DNA of 40,845 bases from a virus (IMGVR_UViG_3300032216_001937:1-40845), one strand, 5' to 3'. Positions 1 through 6,899 are shown, counted from the first letter of the stretch. Numbers and translations: made by a program. The notes: generated by a model not told the origin, from the sequence alone.

Positions 1-325
1 CTTCTTCTCCCCAGTTGTCAACATGAATGTTCATGCTTGTTCCAGAGGGCCAGTACGTTAACCAGCCCGCTACAAAAAATAGAGATTCTGGGTCGGGGTC
101 ATTAAATGCAACACCGCATTTTTTTATAAAGTCGTTTGCTCGCTCTTCAATAAATTCTTGTTCTTCAATCTCTAACTCTGGGTCATCTATGACAAAACTT
201 TGTGGTGTGTCAAACCAAGAACTGAGTCTTTTATCTTTTTCATTGCGAAGTTTTTCTGTAAAATAGTCGCAAACTTTGTCAGGTATTACATTAGGAAATA
301 TTTTAATAGAATCAGGTGTTTTCAT
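1..325 (-). CDS. 2OG-Fe(II) oxygenase (prolyl-4-hydroxylase-like), 3' end outside window
   Basis: Not in ORF track. Manual translation from ATG 325: MKTPDSIKIFPNVIPDKVCDYFTEKL...WLTYWPSGTSMNIHVDNWGEE. Has the HxD iron motif and aligns by eye with the oxygenase at 2425-2973 (NAIPEEECDYFANKL...LSLWRPGLSGTLHVDN). Confidence 0.8.
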   Translation of the reverse strand, partial: MKTPDSIKIFPNVIPDKVCDYFTEKLRNEKDKRLSSWFDTPQSFVIDDPELEIEEQEFIEERANDFIKKCGVAFNDPDPESLFFVAGWLTYWPSGTSMNIHVDNWGEE

Positions 326-328
326 TTT

Positions 329-478
329 TTACTTTACTATTTTTCTAAAGTTTTCAAAAATGTGCTGCTGACGGCGAGCGTCAACAACGGTGAGGTTTAA
401 TTTCTTGTAGTTAAGATACAACTGTTCTTCCAACTCGTCAATCTTTTGATTTAACTTCTTCTTACTAATCCACATCAT
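329..478 (-). CDS. hypothetical 49-aa coiled-coil protein
   Basis: Manual translation MMWISKKKLNQKIDELEEQLYLNYKK...; GAGAGGA upstream; fills the gap in the minus-strand operon. Confidence 0.55.
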   Translation of the reverse strand: MMWISKKKLNQKIDELEEQLYLNYKKLNLTVVDARRQQHIFENFRKIVK

Positions 479-614
479 TATTCCTCTCGGGTTCGCATAT
501 GTCTGCGATTTCTTTTAGTAGTCCCCGAATTTTTTCCAGGGATTGGTCAATAGCCCAAAAGCCGACAATTGTGTCTAATGATTCTAGTTCTAATTTGTCT
601 TGTTCTTCGCTCAT
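465..614 (-). CDS. hypothetical 49-aa protein
   Basis: Manual translation MSEEQDKLELESLDTIVGFWAIDQSLEKIRGLL...; ATGA overlap with the stop of the 611-802 gene. Confidence 0.55.
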   Translation of the reverse strand: MSEEQDKLELESLDTIVGFWAIDQSLEKIRGLLKEIADICEPERNNDVD

Positions 615-802
615 TCATTCTCCTGTTCGTACTCATGCACTTCGCTCATTGGTACGTTAAATTGAATTGTAGTTGTTGTTTCAAAAGTTGTTGGTGGTTG
701 CGTTGTTACGGGGATACTCCTGGGGTAAAGAAACCAACCAATTGCACAAAGGATTATTGCTAGTAAAACCGTATTAATCCAACTACGAATATTGCTAGTC
801 AT
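611..802 (-). CDS. small single-pass membrane protein
   Basis: N-terminal hydrophobic helix (INTVLLAIILCAIGWFLY) followed by a Thr/Pro-rich tail; overlaps both neighbours. Confidence 0.65.
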   Translation of the reverse strand: MTSNIRSWINTVLLAIILCAIGWFLYPRSIPVTTQPPTTFETTTTIQFNVPMSEVHEYEQENE

Positions 803-1004
803 CTTTCCCCCAACTCAGTATTGCTCTAACATACATTGCCACGTACATGATGCTGTACGCAATAAAACCGTACTGCTTAGTAGATAGCGCGTATGCTACC
901 CATAAGCATTCGTTGAGGATAAGAATTCCCCATCCCCAAATCTTCTTTCCCCCGACAAAAAATAAACCGAGCGAACCAACAATGGCAAGAACCCAGGACC
1001 ACAT
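795..1004 (-). CDS. PnuC-like small membrane protein
   Basis: Three TM segments with the W-G-W...NECLW...QYGF pattern of the short PnuC-like proteins of actinophages. Confidence 0.65.
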   Translation of the reverse strand: MWSWVLAIVGSLGLFFVGGKKIWGWGILILNECLWVAYALSTKQYGFIAYSIMYVAMYVRAILSWGKDD

Positions 1005-1093
1005 CAGTTAACTAACATATCCCAAATAAGCATTAACAGCGCACCCGTAACAACACCAATAGCCCAGGTTAGTCCAAAAGTAATATAAAACAT
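1004..1093 (-). CDS. 29-aa single-TM microprotein
   Basis: MFYITFGLTWAIGVVTGALLMLIWDMLVN; TGATG overlap with the next gene. Confidence 0.5.
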   Translation of the reverse strand: MFYITFGLTWAIGVVTGALLMLIWDMLVN

Positions 1094-1096
1094 TAG

Positions 1097-1165
1097 TTAC
1101 CAAGTCTTCCATAATAGGTAGATGATTACAATCCACACGCACAACAAATTAGTTTGAGCACCCAT
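1097..1165 (-). CDS. 22-aa single-TM microprotein
   Basis: MGAQTNLLCVWIVIIYLLWKTW; starts in a TAATG overlap with the upstream stop. Confidence 0.45.
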   Translation of the reverse strand: MGAQTNLLCVWIVIIYLLWKTW

Positions 1166-1263
1166 TATTTCCACGCTCCAAAAATACCAAATAACACAAA
1201 CAAGAAAAATGCTATAGCGCCAACTAAGGCAATGTCTACAACCCAATGAAGCAATGTGTTCAT
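1165..1263 (-). CDS. 32-aa single-TM microprotein
   Basis: MNTLLHWVVDIALVGAIAFFLFVLFGIFGAWK; ATGA overlap upstream and TAATG overlap downstream. Confidence 0.55.
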   Translation of the reverse strand: MNTLLHWVVDIALVGAIAFFLFVLFGIFGAWK

Positions 1264-1409
1264 TTTCCATCTTCCCATTCTGGCTCTGCTTTGTGAGGAC
1301 CGTGCGGTGATAAATGAACCCAAGGGTCATCATCACCAATGTTTTCCCAATCGGTACCATCTCGTGAGTACTTAATAATCTTTAAACCACAGTGTCTGCA
1401 ATCAGTCAT
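1260..1409 (-). CDS. 49-aa putative zinc-binding protein (CxxC...WxH...HKAEP)
   Basis: MTDCRHCGLKIIKYSRDGTDWENIGDDDPWVHLSPHGPHKAEPEWEDGK; AAAGG RBS; ATGA overlaps on both sides. Confidence 0.6.
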   Translation of the reverse strand: MTDCRHCGLKIIKYSRDGTDWENIGDDDPWVHLSPHGPHKAEPEWEDGK

Positions 1410-1486
1410 AGTTTACCTTTCCAAAAGGCCCAAACAGCAAATACAGCAAGGCCAAAAATTAACAGTGAGTTAATGACCACATACAT
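1406..1486 (-). CDS. 26-aa single-TM microprotein
   Basis: MYVVINSLLIFGLAVFAVWAFWKGKL; TAATG overlap upstream, ATGA overlap downstream. Confidence 0.5.
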   Translation of the reverse strand: MYVVINSLLIFGLAVFAVWAFWKGKL

Positions 1487-1740
1487 TAGTCAATTTCTCC
1501 GCACGTTGCACAACGAATGCTAAGGTCTGACCTCCAGCGTTTACAAGTTGGGCACATACCAGGAACAAAACTAAAAGGGTCTTCTTTAAAAACAAGAATA
1601 ATGTCATCTGGGTTTTGAACAAGAACAGTTTGTTTGTCGGGCCATTCAACTATGGGCCAACCGCGGGCGTTGAAACCCACAATCTTGCCTACGTATTTTT
1701 CCCAGGTGACACTATCACCTACTTCAAATTTTTTCTTCAT
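1486..1740 (-). CDS. hypothetical protein, SH3/KOW-like N-terminus plus C-terminal zinc ribbon
   Basis: Probable start ATG 1740 (MKKKFEVGDSVTW...G.IVG); C-terminal CPTC...CATC. Confidence 0.65.
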   Translation of the reverse strand: MKKKFEVGDSVTWEKYVGKIVGFNARGWPIVEWPDKQTVLVQNPDDIILVFKEDPFSFVPGMCPTCKRWRSDLSIRCATCGEID

Positions 1741-1918
1741 TTTCCGACCTATCAATTGCGTGCTGTAAAGCATAACACAAAAACTGGGTAGGACGCATTC
1801 CCTTTTCCCTGGCCGCAAGTCTAATCTTGGAAAACTCTGCCTCAGTAAAATCCACGCTAACTTTTATAAAGGTTTTCTTTAGTTTACGGGGATAACGACG
1901 ATATGGAGTATAGGTCAT
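1724..1918 (-). CDS. ribbon-helix-helix-like DNA-binding protein
   Basis: Alternating strand IKVSVDF followed by two helices with the conserved G turn (AAREKGMRPTQFL). Confidence 0.6.
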   Translation of the reverse strand: MTYTPYRRYPRKLKKTFIKVSVDFTEAEFSKIRLAAREKGMRPTQFLCYALQHAIDRSENEEKI

Positions 1919-2220
1919 TAATAGTGTGGGGAATCAACTATGGCTAGGATTCCAAGACTAGGTACGGTTACATAATCTTCGCCGTCAAGTTCAATGCCGT
2001 AGGCCATAGACTTGTCAAAGACCACCTTGTCGCCTACCCGTACGTCCATTAGAATGTGGATTCCTGCGCTGGTGTATCTTCCAGGCCCCACTGCTACAAC
2101 TTCCCCCTGATTAGGCAGTGGTTGTGAGTCTGCAGGAATAATAAAACCAGATTCAGTAGTTTTATCACTGTGGTCAAGTTTAAGAATTACTCGGTCTTCT
2201 GTTGGAATTGCGTTGACCAT
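1918..2220 (-). CDS. groES: co-chaperonin GroES
   Basis: PTEDRVIL...TESGFIIP...GEVVAVGPG...VRVGDKVVF...ILAIV, the Cpn10 signature; 100 aa. Confidence 0.95.
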   Translation of the reverse strand: MVNAIPTEDRVILKLDHSDKTTESGFIIPADSQPLPNQGEVVAVGPGRYTSAGIHILMDVRVGDKVVFDKSMAYGIELDGEDYVTVPSLGILAIVDSPHY

Positions 2221-2423
2221 TAATCTTCTTCTCTTTCTAATAAGCCTTCTATTGCACGATACTCGTTTAGTGGAATTATATCAACCGCAAAGTCATCTGA
2301 CAAGATTAGTTGAATATCTTTCATTGCCTGAACATAGCCGCGGTGCCATGGTCGGTACCAGCGGGGTTTGTCATTGGACATTGTTTTCGCCCAAACAATT
2401 GCCTGTTCTCTACGGTCAACCAT
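2220..2423 (-). CDS. hypothetical protein
   Basis: 67-aa ORF tightly packed in the operon (TAATG overlap with groES). Confidence 0.6.
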   Translation of the reverse strand: MVDRREQAIVWAKTMSNDKPRWYRPWHRGYVQAMKDIQLILSDDFAVDIIPLNEYRAIEGLLEREED

Positions 2424-2424
2424 A

Positions 2425-2973
2425 TTAACCTAACCAAAGCGGTAGAGTGCAACGGTAATTGCCAGTAATTTTTTTAACTCGGTGAAGATGGTCAAGGTGG
2501 TCCCAATCCATACCTATGCGCATATCGCCAACTGAGTCATCAGGAAACCAAACCATGCTTCCTTTTACTGGTTTATAAATAAGTTTTAGATTAGGAAATT
2601 CAATCTCCCCGCCCTCGTAATCATCGTTTAAATATACGATTGCTGAGTACTTTGCACCATAACCCTTGATTGCTGGGTCAACATTGTCAACATGAAGCGT
2701 TCCAGAAAGACCAGGGCGCCAGAGGCTTAGGTCTCCATCCATGTACGGATATGGTCCATCGTCAAAAACTTCTTTAATTTGTTTGCACAAAATTTCGTAA
2801 CATTTTTGCTTGAACAAACGGTCTTCTTCATCAGGGTCTCTAATGATTAAAATTTGAGGTTCATCAAAGAATGGATGAAGTTTTTTTTGCTCCCACATGG
2901 TTATCAACTTATTTGCAAAGTAATCACATTCTTCTTCGGGGATTGCATTTTCAAGTAAGTAAACGTTATTCAT
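2425..2973 (-). CDS. 2OG-Fe(II) oxygenase (prolyl-4-hydroxylase-like)
   Basis: HVD motif, YLNDDYEGGE.F, distal H (HRVKKI..G.R) and 2OG-binding Arg. Start set at ATG 2973 (ATGA overlap); ORF track start is 2985. Confidence 0.9.
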   Translation of the reverse strand: MNNVYLLENAIPEEECDYFANKLITMWEQKKLHPFFDEPQILIIRDPDEEDRLFKQKCYEILCKQIKEVFDDGPYPYMDGDLSLWRPGLSGTLHVDNVDPAIKGYGAKYSAIVYLNDDYEGGEIEFPNLKLIYKPVKGSMVWFPDDSVGDMRIGMDWDHLDHLHRVKKITGNYRCTLPLWLG

Positions 2974-3302
2974 CGTTTGTACCAATCTGGTCCATAGGTA
3001 TCACGACGATAACAAATAATGGCACCAATGTTGTAAACAGGCATGTCAATAAGGCTATCTTCAACCGATTCATTTGTCATTGGCGTACCGTAACGAATGT
3101 GATTTTTAATTCGGTGAAGTTTGTCGTTCATACGAATAAGTGCACCCACCCATCCTGGTGTGCCAAACTCGGCACTAGCAAGTACGTTTGCCCAACTATC
3201 TTCTGGTGAACCATAGTCTTTAGATTTGCGGTCGTGCATTTCTTTTAACTCAATAAGAACCGCTTCAAATTCAATGCTTGGGTCAAGTTCTACTTTTTTC
3301 AT
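2970..3302 (-). CDS. nucleotide-modification-associated domain protein (DUF1599/Nmad1-like, all-helical)
   Basis: K..DYG...N....FG..G..IRMNDK..R....ES.EDSL.D...Y pattern. Confidence 0.75.
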   Translation of the reverse strand: MKKVELDPSIEFEAVLIELKEMHDRKSKDYGSPEDSWANVLASAEFGTPGWVGALIRMNDKLHRIKNHIRYGTPMTNESVEDSLIDMPVYNIGAIICYRRDTYGPDWYKR

Positions 3303-3967
3303 TTATATGACTTCTTTCTCCAGAAAACATTTTTATACCATCCATCTGATGCGTTCATTTCGTAATCTCTTCCAATTTGCGCCATTCCAGGAACACGTTC
3401 TTGCTTCCAATCTTCACGCAAAAATGGGATGACCTGAACAATAGGCGTTCCCTTTGGAATCAATCCTTCAAAACCTTCTCTAAGAAAAAACGGGTAATTG
3501 CCGCCCATCAATTTTGAATCGTTGTCAATGATTGCAGAAACCGTAATAAAAGGAAGGTCAAATCTGTTCAGTGGGTGACAGTAGACAGCGCTGTATCCTT
3601 CGGGTAACTCAATACAATGACGAGTAAGCCATGTCCAGTAATACGGTTCGTAACCATGAGGAACGGGCATTGGGTCTGTTTGGGAACTGTGACGAGCACT
3701 TGGCCCTGCATCAACGTCGGAGAAATAAAGACTTGGTGCACCCTCTTTGTTTCGTTCAACCATAATGTCGGTCATTAAACAAATTGAATACCCAGCGGTC
3801 AAAGAGTCTAAAAAGGGTATGCAATATTTTGCTGATTTTGTGTTGCTGTCACCAGGAATAATTACGTTCCTGGGAATTTTTTTGTACCACTCAGGAACAA
3901 CAGTTCTTGTTGGAACAACTTCATCTTTATAGCCCATAAGGCTATCCCATTTAAACACTTGTCTCAC
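3299..3967 (-). CDS. dUTPase-fold-like protein of the family that accompanies phage 2OG oxygenases (DUF6065-like)
   Basis: PEWYK, K.C.PFLD...GY, P.GYS...HP.NR.DLPF, I.KGTP..Q.IPF.R..W motifs; GTG start with GAAAGAGG RBS. Confidence 0.65.
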   Translation of the reverse strand: MRQVFKWDSLMGYKDEVVPTRTVVPEWYKKIPRNVIIPGDSNTKSAKYCIPFLDSLTAGYSICLMTDIMVERNKEGAPSLYFSDVDAGPSARHSSQTDPMPVPHGYEPYYWTWLTRHCIELPEGYSAVYCHPLNRFDLPFITVSAIIDNDSKLMGGNYPFFLREGFEGLIPKGTPIVQVIPFLREDWKQERVPGMAQIGRDYEMNASDGWYKNVFWRKKSYK

Positions 3968-4157
3968 AAAAACCTCTTTCTAGGTATTTAGAGATTAGCA
4001 CAAACTCTCGGTCTGAAACGTGTTGCCTGTAAGCCTCAACACAAAGGGTGCAGCGGCAATTGTGTCTACTTTGATGAACAGAAAAAGTTCCATGCACAAT
4101 TTCTTTTCGCGGATTTCTAACCATGCAACGTGAATTGCATTCACACCATTTTTTCAT
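3951..4157 (-). CDS. small Cys/His-rich protein with HGT-x-CRC-x2-C motif
   Basis: VHGTFSVHQSRHNCRCTLCVEAY; GGGGAG RBS. Confidence 0.65.
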   Translation of the reverse strand: MKKWCECNSRCMVRNPRKEIVHGTFSVHQSRHNCRCTLCVEAYRQHVSDREFVLISKYLERGFCETSV

Positions 4158-4171
4158 TTTTGCTCCCCATG

Positions 4172-4633
4172 CTACTTTGTTCCGAGACTACGGTTCGAAC
4201 GTAGAATGACAGATTCAAAGTCTGTAGTGTTGCCGGTTACACCATCTCGGATTGTTTTTTTCTTTAATTCTCTTTTACGACGTGAGTTCTGTCTCATCCA
4301 TTCCATACACTCAAAACACTTACATTTGTGTTTATTATAACCGTTATTGGTTCCATGAACAAGAGGTTTTTTAAATTCACTAATTGTTTTTTGTTTGTGG
4401 CAATAATAACACAGAACTTGACATTTTTTTAATTCTTCCTTACGGCGTTTTTCGGAAAAACTCCATATTCGATGAGTGGTTTTACCTGCTCTTTCTATGT
4501 GGTCAACTTCAAGTCTTTCAACTGAACCGCATTTAACACATTTGCCGCCTTGAGAATCAATCCATTCAAGACGGCGTTTTTGAAGCCATGTGTTCTGAAA
4601 AGCATTTTGTTTTTTTTTGTCTTTATATGACAT
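4172..4633 (-). CDS. HNH endonuclease with C-terminal HGT-CxC-x2-C module
   Basis: CVKCG...LEVDH...CQVLCYYCHKQKT. Plausible start is ATG 4633, directly after the tRNA-Asn CCA; the ORF-track start 4666 lies inside the tRNA. Confidence 0.85.
   Translation of the reverse strand: MSYKDKKKQNAFQNTWLQKRRLEWIDSQGGKCVKCGSVERLEVDHIERAGKTTHRIWSFSEKRRKEELKKCQVLCYYCHKQKTISEFKKPLVHGTNNGYNKHKCKCFECMEWMRQNSRRKRELKKKTIRDGVTGNTTDFESVILRSNRSLGTK
4180..4251 (-). tRNA. tRNA-Gln(UUG), no encoded CCA
   Basis: Cloverleaf: TCCGAGA/TCTCGGA acceptor, GTGT/ACAC D stem, ACAGA-CTTTGAA-TCTGT anticodon arm, CTACG-TTCGAAC-CGTAG T arm. Confidence 0.92.
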
Positions 4634-4709
4634 TGGCTCCGGGGGCACGACTTGAACGTGCGACATATCGATTAACAGTCGATTGTTCTGCCAACTGAAC
4701 TACCCCGGA
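4634..4709 (-). tRNA. tRNA-Asn(GUU) with encoded CCA
   Basis: Cloverleaf: TCCGGGG/CCCCGGA acceptor, GTTC/GAAC D stem, ATCGA-CTGTTAA-TCGAT anticodon arm, GCACG-TTCAAGT-CGTGC T arm, G-CCA end. Confidence 0.95.
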
Positions 4710-4716
4710 TTGCGAA

Positions 4717-4986
4717 TTAACGCAAACGCTTTTTAGGCGTAGGTGCTTCCGTAATCTTTTTTGAAGTTGACTTTGGCTTTGGCTTTGCAGGAGCAACCGC
4801 AGGCATAAGTGCTTGCAATTGTGCGTCAAGTGCTTCAAGCGAAGAAATAATTTGCTCTGCTTGTTTTTCTGCATTTGCAATATACTTCTCAGCCTTTGCT
4901 AGATACTTCTTTGCCACTGCAAGTCCACCGCCAGCAGTACCTGCCCAAGCAGTCGCAACTGAAATAATTGATGCTGTGTTTGACAT
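4717..4986 (-). CDS. hypothetical protein: hydrophobic N-terminus, coiled coil, Lys/Pro-rich tail
   Basis: Start ATG 4986 after GAAAGGA RBS; C-terminus PAKPKPKSTSKKITEAPTPKKRLR. Confidence 0.7.
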   Translation of the reverse strand: MSNTASIISVATAWAGTAGGGLAVAKKYLAKAEKYIANAEKQAEQIISSLEALDAQLQALMPAVAPAKPKPKSTSKKITEAPTPKKRLR

Positions 4987-5011
4987 TTTTTCCTTTCGGG
5001 TAACAAAGAGA

Positions 5012-5040
5012 ACAGTACACCAACGGAGCAATCATTGCAA
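5012..5040 (-). promoter_or_regulatory. sigma70-type promoter for the leftward arm
   Basis: TTGCAA-N17-TACTGT on the minus strand, upstream of the RBS of the first leftward gene. Confidence 0.55.
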
Positions 5041-5050
5041 GAATTAATAC

Positions 5051-5078
5051 TTGATTTTTTCAAAACGTGAGGTAGTTT
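5051..5078 (+). promoter_or_regulatory. sigma70-type promoter for the rightward arm (leaderless candidate)
   Basis: aatacTTGATT-N16-TAGTTT with ATG 5 nt downstream; lies at the strand-switch point. Confidence 0.5.
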
Positions 5079-5083
5079 TTGGT

Positions 5084-5230
5084 ATGAAACAATTTACAGA
5101 AGTTGAAGACATTCAACATGAACACAAAGCAGAGCCAATGCTTACGCCCAAGCACGTTCGCAATTTCTGTCAAATTTGTCAGCAGCCAATTTACTGGCTA
5201 GAACAATGGCTGCACCACGATGGCCAATAG
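5084..5230 (+). CDS. 48-aa putative zinc-binding protein (HKAEP...CxxC...WLH)
   Basis: Manual translation MKQFTEVEDIQHEHKAEPMLTPKHVRNFCQICQQPIYWLEQWLHHDGQ. Confidence 0.6.
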   Translation: MKQFTEVEDIQHEHKAEPMLTPKHVRNFCQICQQPIYWLEQWLHHDGQ

Positions 5231-5429
5231 TACCGAGATAAAAAGACTTGAAATGATAGTTGAGCGCATATCTGCCCTTTATGGGCTTAACGTGCCCGAA
5301 CAAGTTTCCAAAGAAATTGACAGCCTAACCCTTGATATCGAGTGGCTTTGTGATAGACTTACAAAAGCCTGGTCAATGGTAACCTCTTACCAAGAGGAAA
5401 TAAGGGAATTGTACAATGAAGGAAACTAG
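5220..5429 (+). CDS. hypothetical helical protein
   Basis: 69-aa ORF in operon context. Confidence 0.65.
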   Translation: MANSTEIKRLEMIVERISALYGLNVPEQVSKEIDSLTLDIEWLCDRLTKAWSMVTSYQEEIRELYNEGN

Positions 5430-5431
5430 AA

Positions 5432-5650
5432 ATGTTGATTGTTAGCATACTTGCTTTTTATGTTGCTGTTGCTTTTTTTGCTTTAGCACGTTATTATATT
5501 CTTGCTAATCGTCTTTATGGTTATTTAAAGACACAAGAAGTTGAAGTAAAAGCAATGGACTACATGAAACCTGCCATAAAAGACTCCCTTAGTTGGCCAT
5601 GGTACGTTTTTTGGTTTGGTCTTAAGCAATGGATTGAGGACCTTACATGA
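5432..5650 (+). CDS. small membrane protein
   Basis: N-terminal TM helix and SLSWPWY motif; AAGGA RBS. Confidence 0.65.
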   Translation: MLIVSILAFYVAVAFFALARYYILANRLYGYLKTQEVEVKAMDYMKPAIKDSLSWPWYVFWFGLKQWIEDLT

Positions 5651-5913
5651 GCGGAATTGAGCGCCCTGCTATCAAAATGCCTATAAGAGGTTCTGTTGTT
5701 GCAGAATGCCCAAAGTGTGGTATTGTCTGTGAAGATAGAGATATTAATGTTTCTGTTGAATTTTCTTATGATGAAAATCAAGCGTCAACAAAAGTTTCAA
5801 AAATAGTTCGTTCAACTATAAGCACTTGGTACAAAGACGGATTTCTTCACCGTTGTTGTAACGTTTGTGATGCAATTTGGACCGACCCTGCCTTGGACTC
5901 AATAAATGAGTAA
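5647..5913 (+). CDS. zinc-ribbon protein
   Basis: CPKC...CNVC pair. Confidence 0.65.
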   Translation: MSGIERPAIKMPIRGSVVAECPKCGIVCEDRDINVSVEFSYDENQASTKVSKIVRSTISTWYKDGFLHRCCNVCDAIWTDPALDSINE

Positions 5914-6238
5914 GGCACGCCAAAAAGGAACAACATTTGAATCTGCGGTAGTTCAGGTTCTTAGGGAAGATGGTTTTCCTGATGCCGAACGTTGGGGAAG
6001 TCTTGACATGGCATTGGGAGATATACGAAACCTTCCCGTTGTTTTAGAAGCAAAAAATCACAAAGCAATGGCACTTGCAGAATGGTGCAAACAAGCAGAA
6101 GAATCTGGTAAAAAGGCTAGTAAACTTTGGGCCGTTGTTCACCACCGTTCGAGAAAAGGAACACGTCAAGCGTACGTGACAATGGAACTTGAACAGTGGA
6201 TTATTTTGTTGAAAGCATATAAAGATTTAAATGGTTGA
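5906..6238 (+). CDS. Holliday junction resolvase (Hjc-like PD-(D/E)xK nuclease)
   Basis: K.KGT.FE...GDI...V.EAKN...QA..E...VVH motif set. Confidence 0.85.
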   Translation: MSKARQKGTTFESAVVQVLREDGFPDAERWGSLDMALGDIRNLPVVLEAKNHKAMALAEWCKQAEESGKKASKLWAVVHHRSRKGTRQAYVTMELEQWIILLKAYKDLNG

Positions 6239-6263
6239 CATTACCTAGTATTTTCTATATTGT
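6235..6263 (+). promoter_or_regulatory. sigma70-type promoter
   Basis: TTGACA-N17-TATTGT, followed by GGAGG RBS and GTG at 6318. Confidence 0.6.
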
Positions 6264-6317
6264 ATTGATTAAGTGAGCGCCAATGGGCGCCATTTTTATT
6301 ATACGGAGGAATACACG

Positions 6318-6899
6318 GTGGCAAAAAAACTCAGTAGACGTTCTCAGATGCGCCTTAAGAGAATGATTGAAAGTATTGAGAACATCAATAAATTTGCCAA
6401 CCGTATAAAGATGGAAGACCTTGAGGAACTAGTACGTAGAGACTCAATTGCCGTAGATTCATCTGAAGGTTCTTCTGGTTCTAGTTTTGCAATTGCCCGC
6501 TCAGGCGGGAAGCCAAACTCATCCTCCGTAGAAAGAGCAGTAATTTCAAAGGTTGAAGGAAGACCGATTAAAGACCCCGTGCGCGATGAAGTAAAAAGCA
6601 TCGAACGCTGGATTATTCAATCTGAAGAAAACCTTCGCCAAATCCACCAAAGTATTAACTTTTTAAAAGAAGGCGTTGAGAAGAAGCGCAATCGTGCTAC
6701 TTCTGAACCATGTGAAATATGCATGGTTTTGCCAGCGGTTAAAACAGCCATGTGTATAACTTGTTATGCAGAATGGGTTGATGCTGGTGCTCCTGACCGC
6801 TTTCGTTGGAAAGCATATAAGCGAGTCTTAACTTCCCCTGAAGGAATTCCGCTGGTTACCGAACAGCCACCAGGCCGCCATCAAAAGCCAAATACTTGA
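6318..6899 (+). CDS. hypothetical protein with C-terminal zinc finger (possible regulator)
   Basis: GTG 6318 follows GGAGG (ORF-track start 6273); CEIC-x10-CITC. Confidence 0.7.
   Translation: MAKKLSRRSQMRLKRMIESIENINKFANRIKMEDLEELVRRDSIAVDSSEGSSGSSFAIARSGGKPNSSSVERAVISKVEGRPIKDPVRDEVKSIERWIIQSEENLRQIHQSINFLKEGVEKKRNRATSEPCEICMVLPAVKTAMCITCYAEWVDAGAPDRFRWKAYKRVLTSPEGIPLVTEQPPGRHQKPNT

Noticed and set aside
1097-1360. 87-aa ORF in the track
   Set aside because: Better explained by three overlapping-coupled small genes in other frames; only its last 22 codons look real.
4623-4880. 85-aa minus-strand ORF
   Set aside because: Shadow frame across the 4717-4986 gene and tRNA-Asn.
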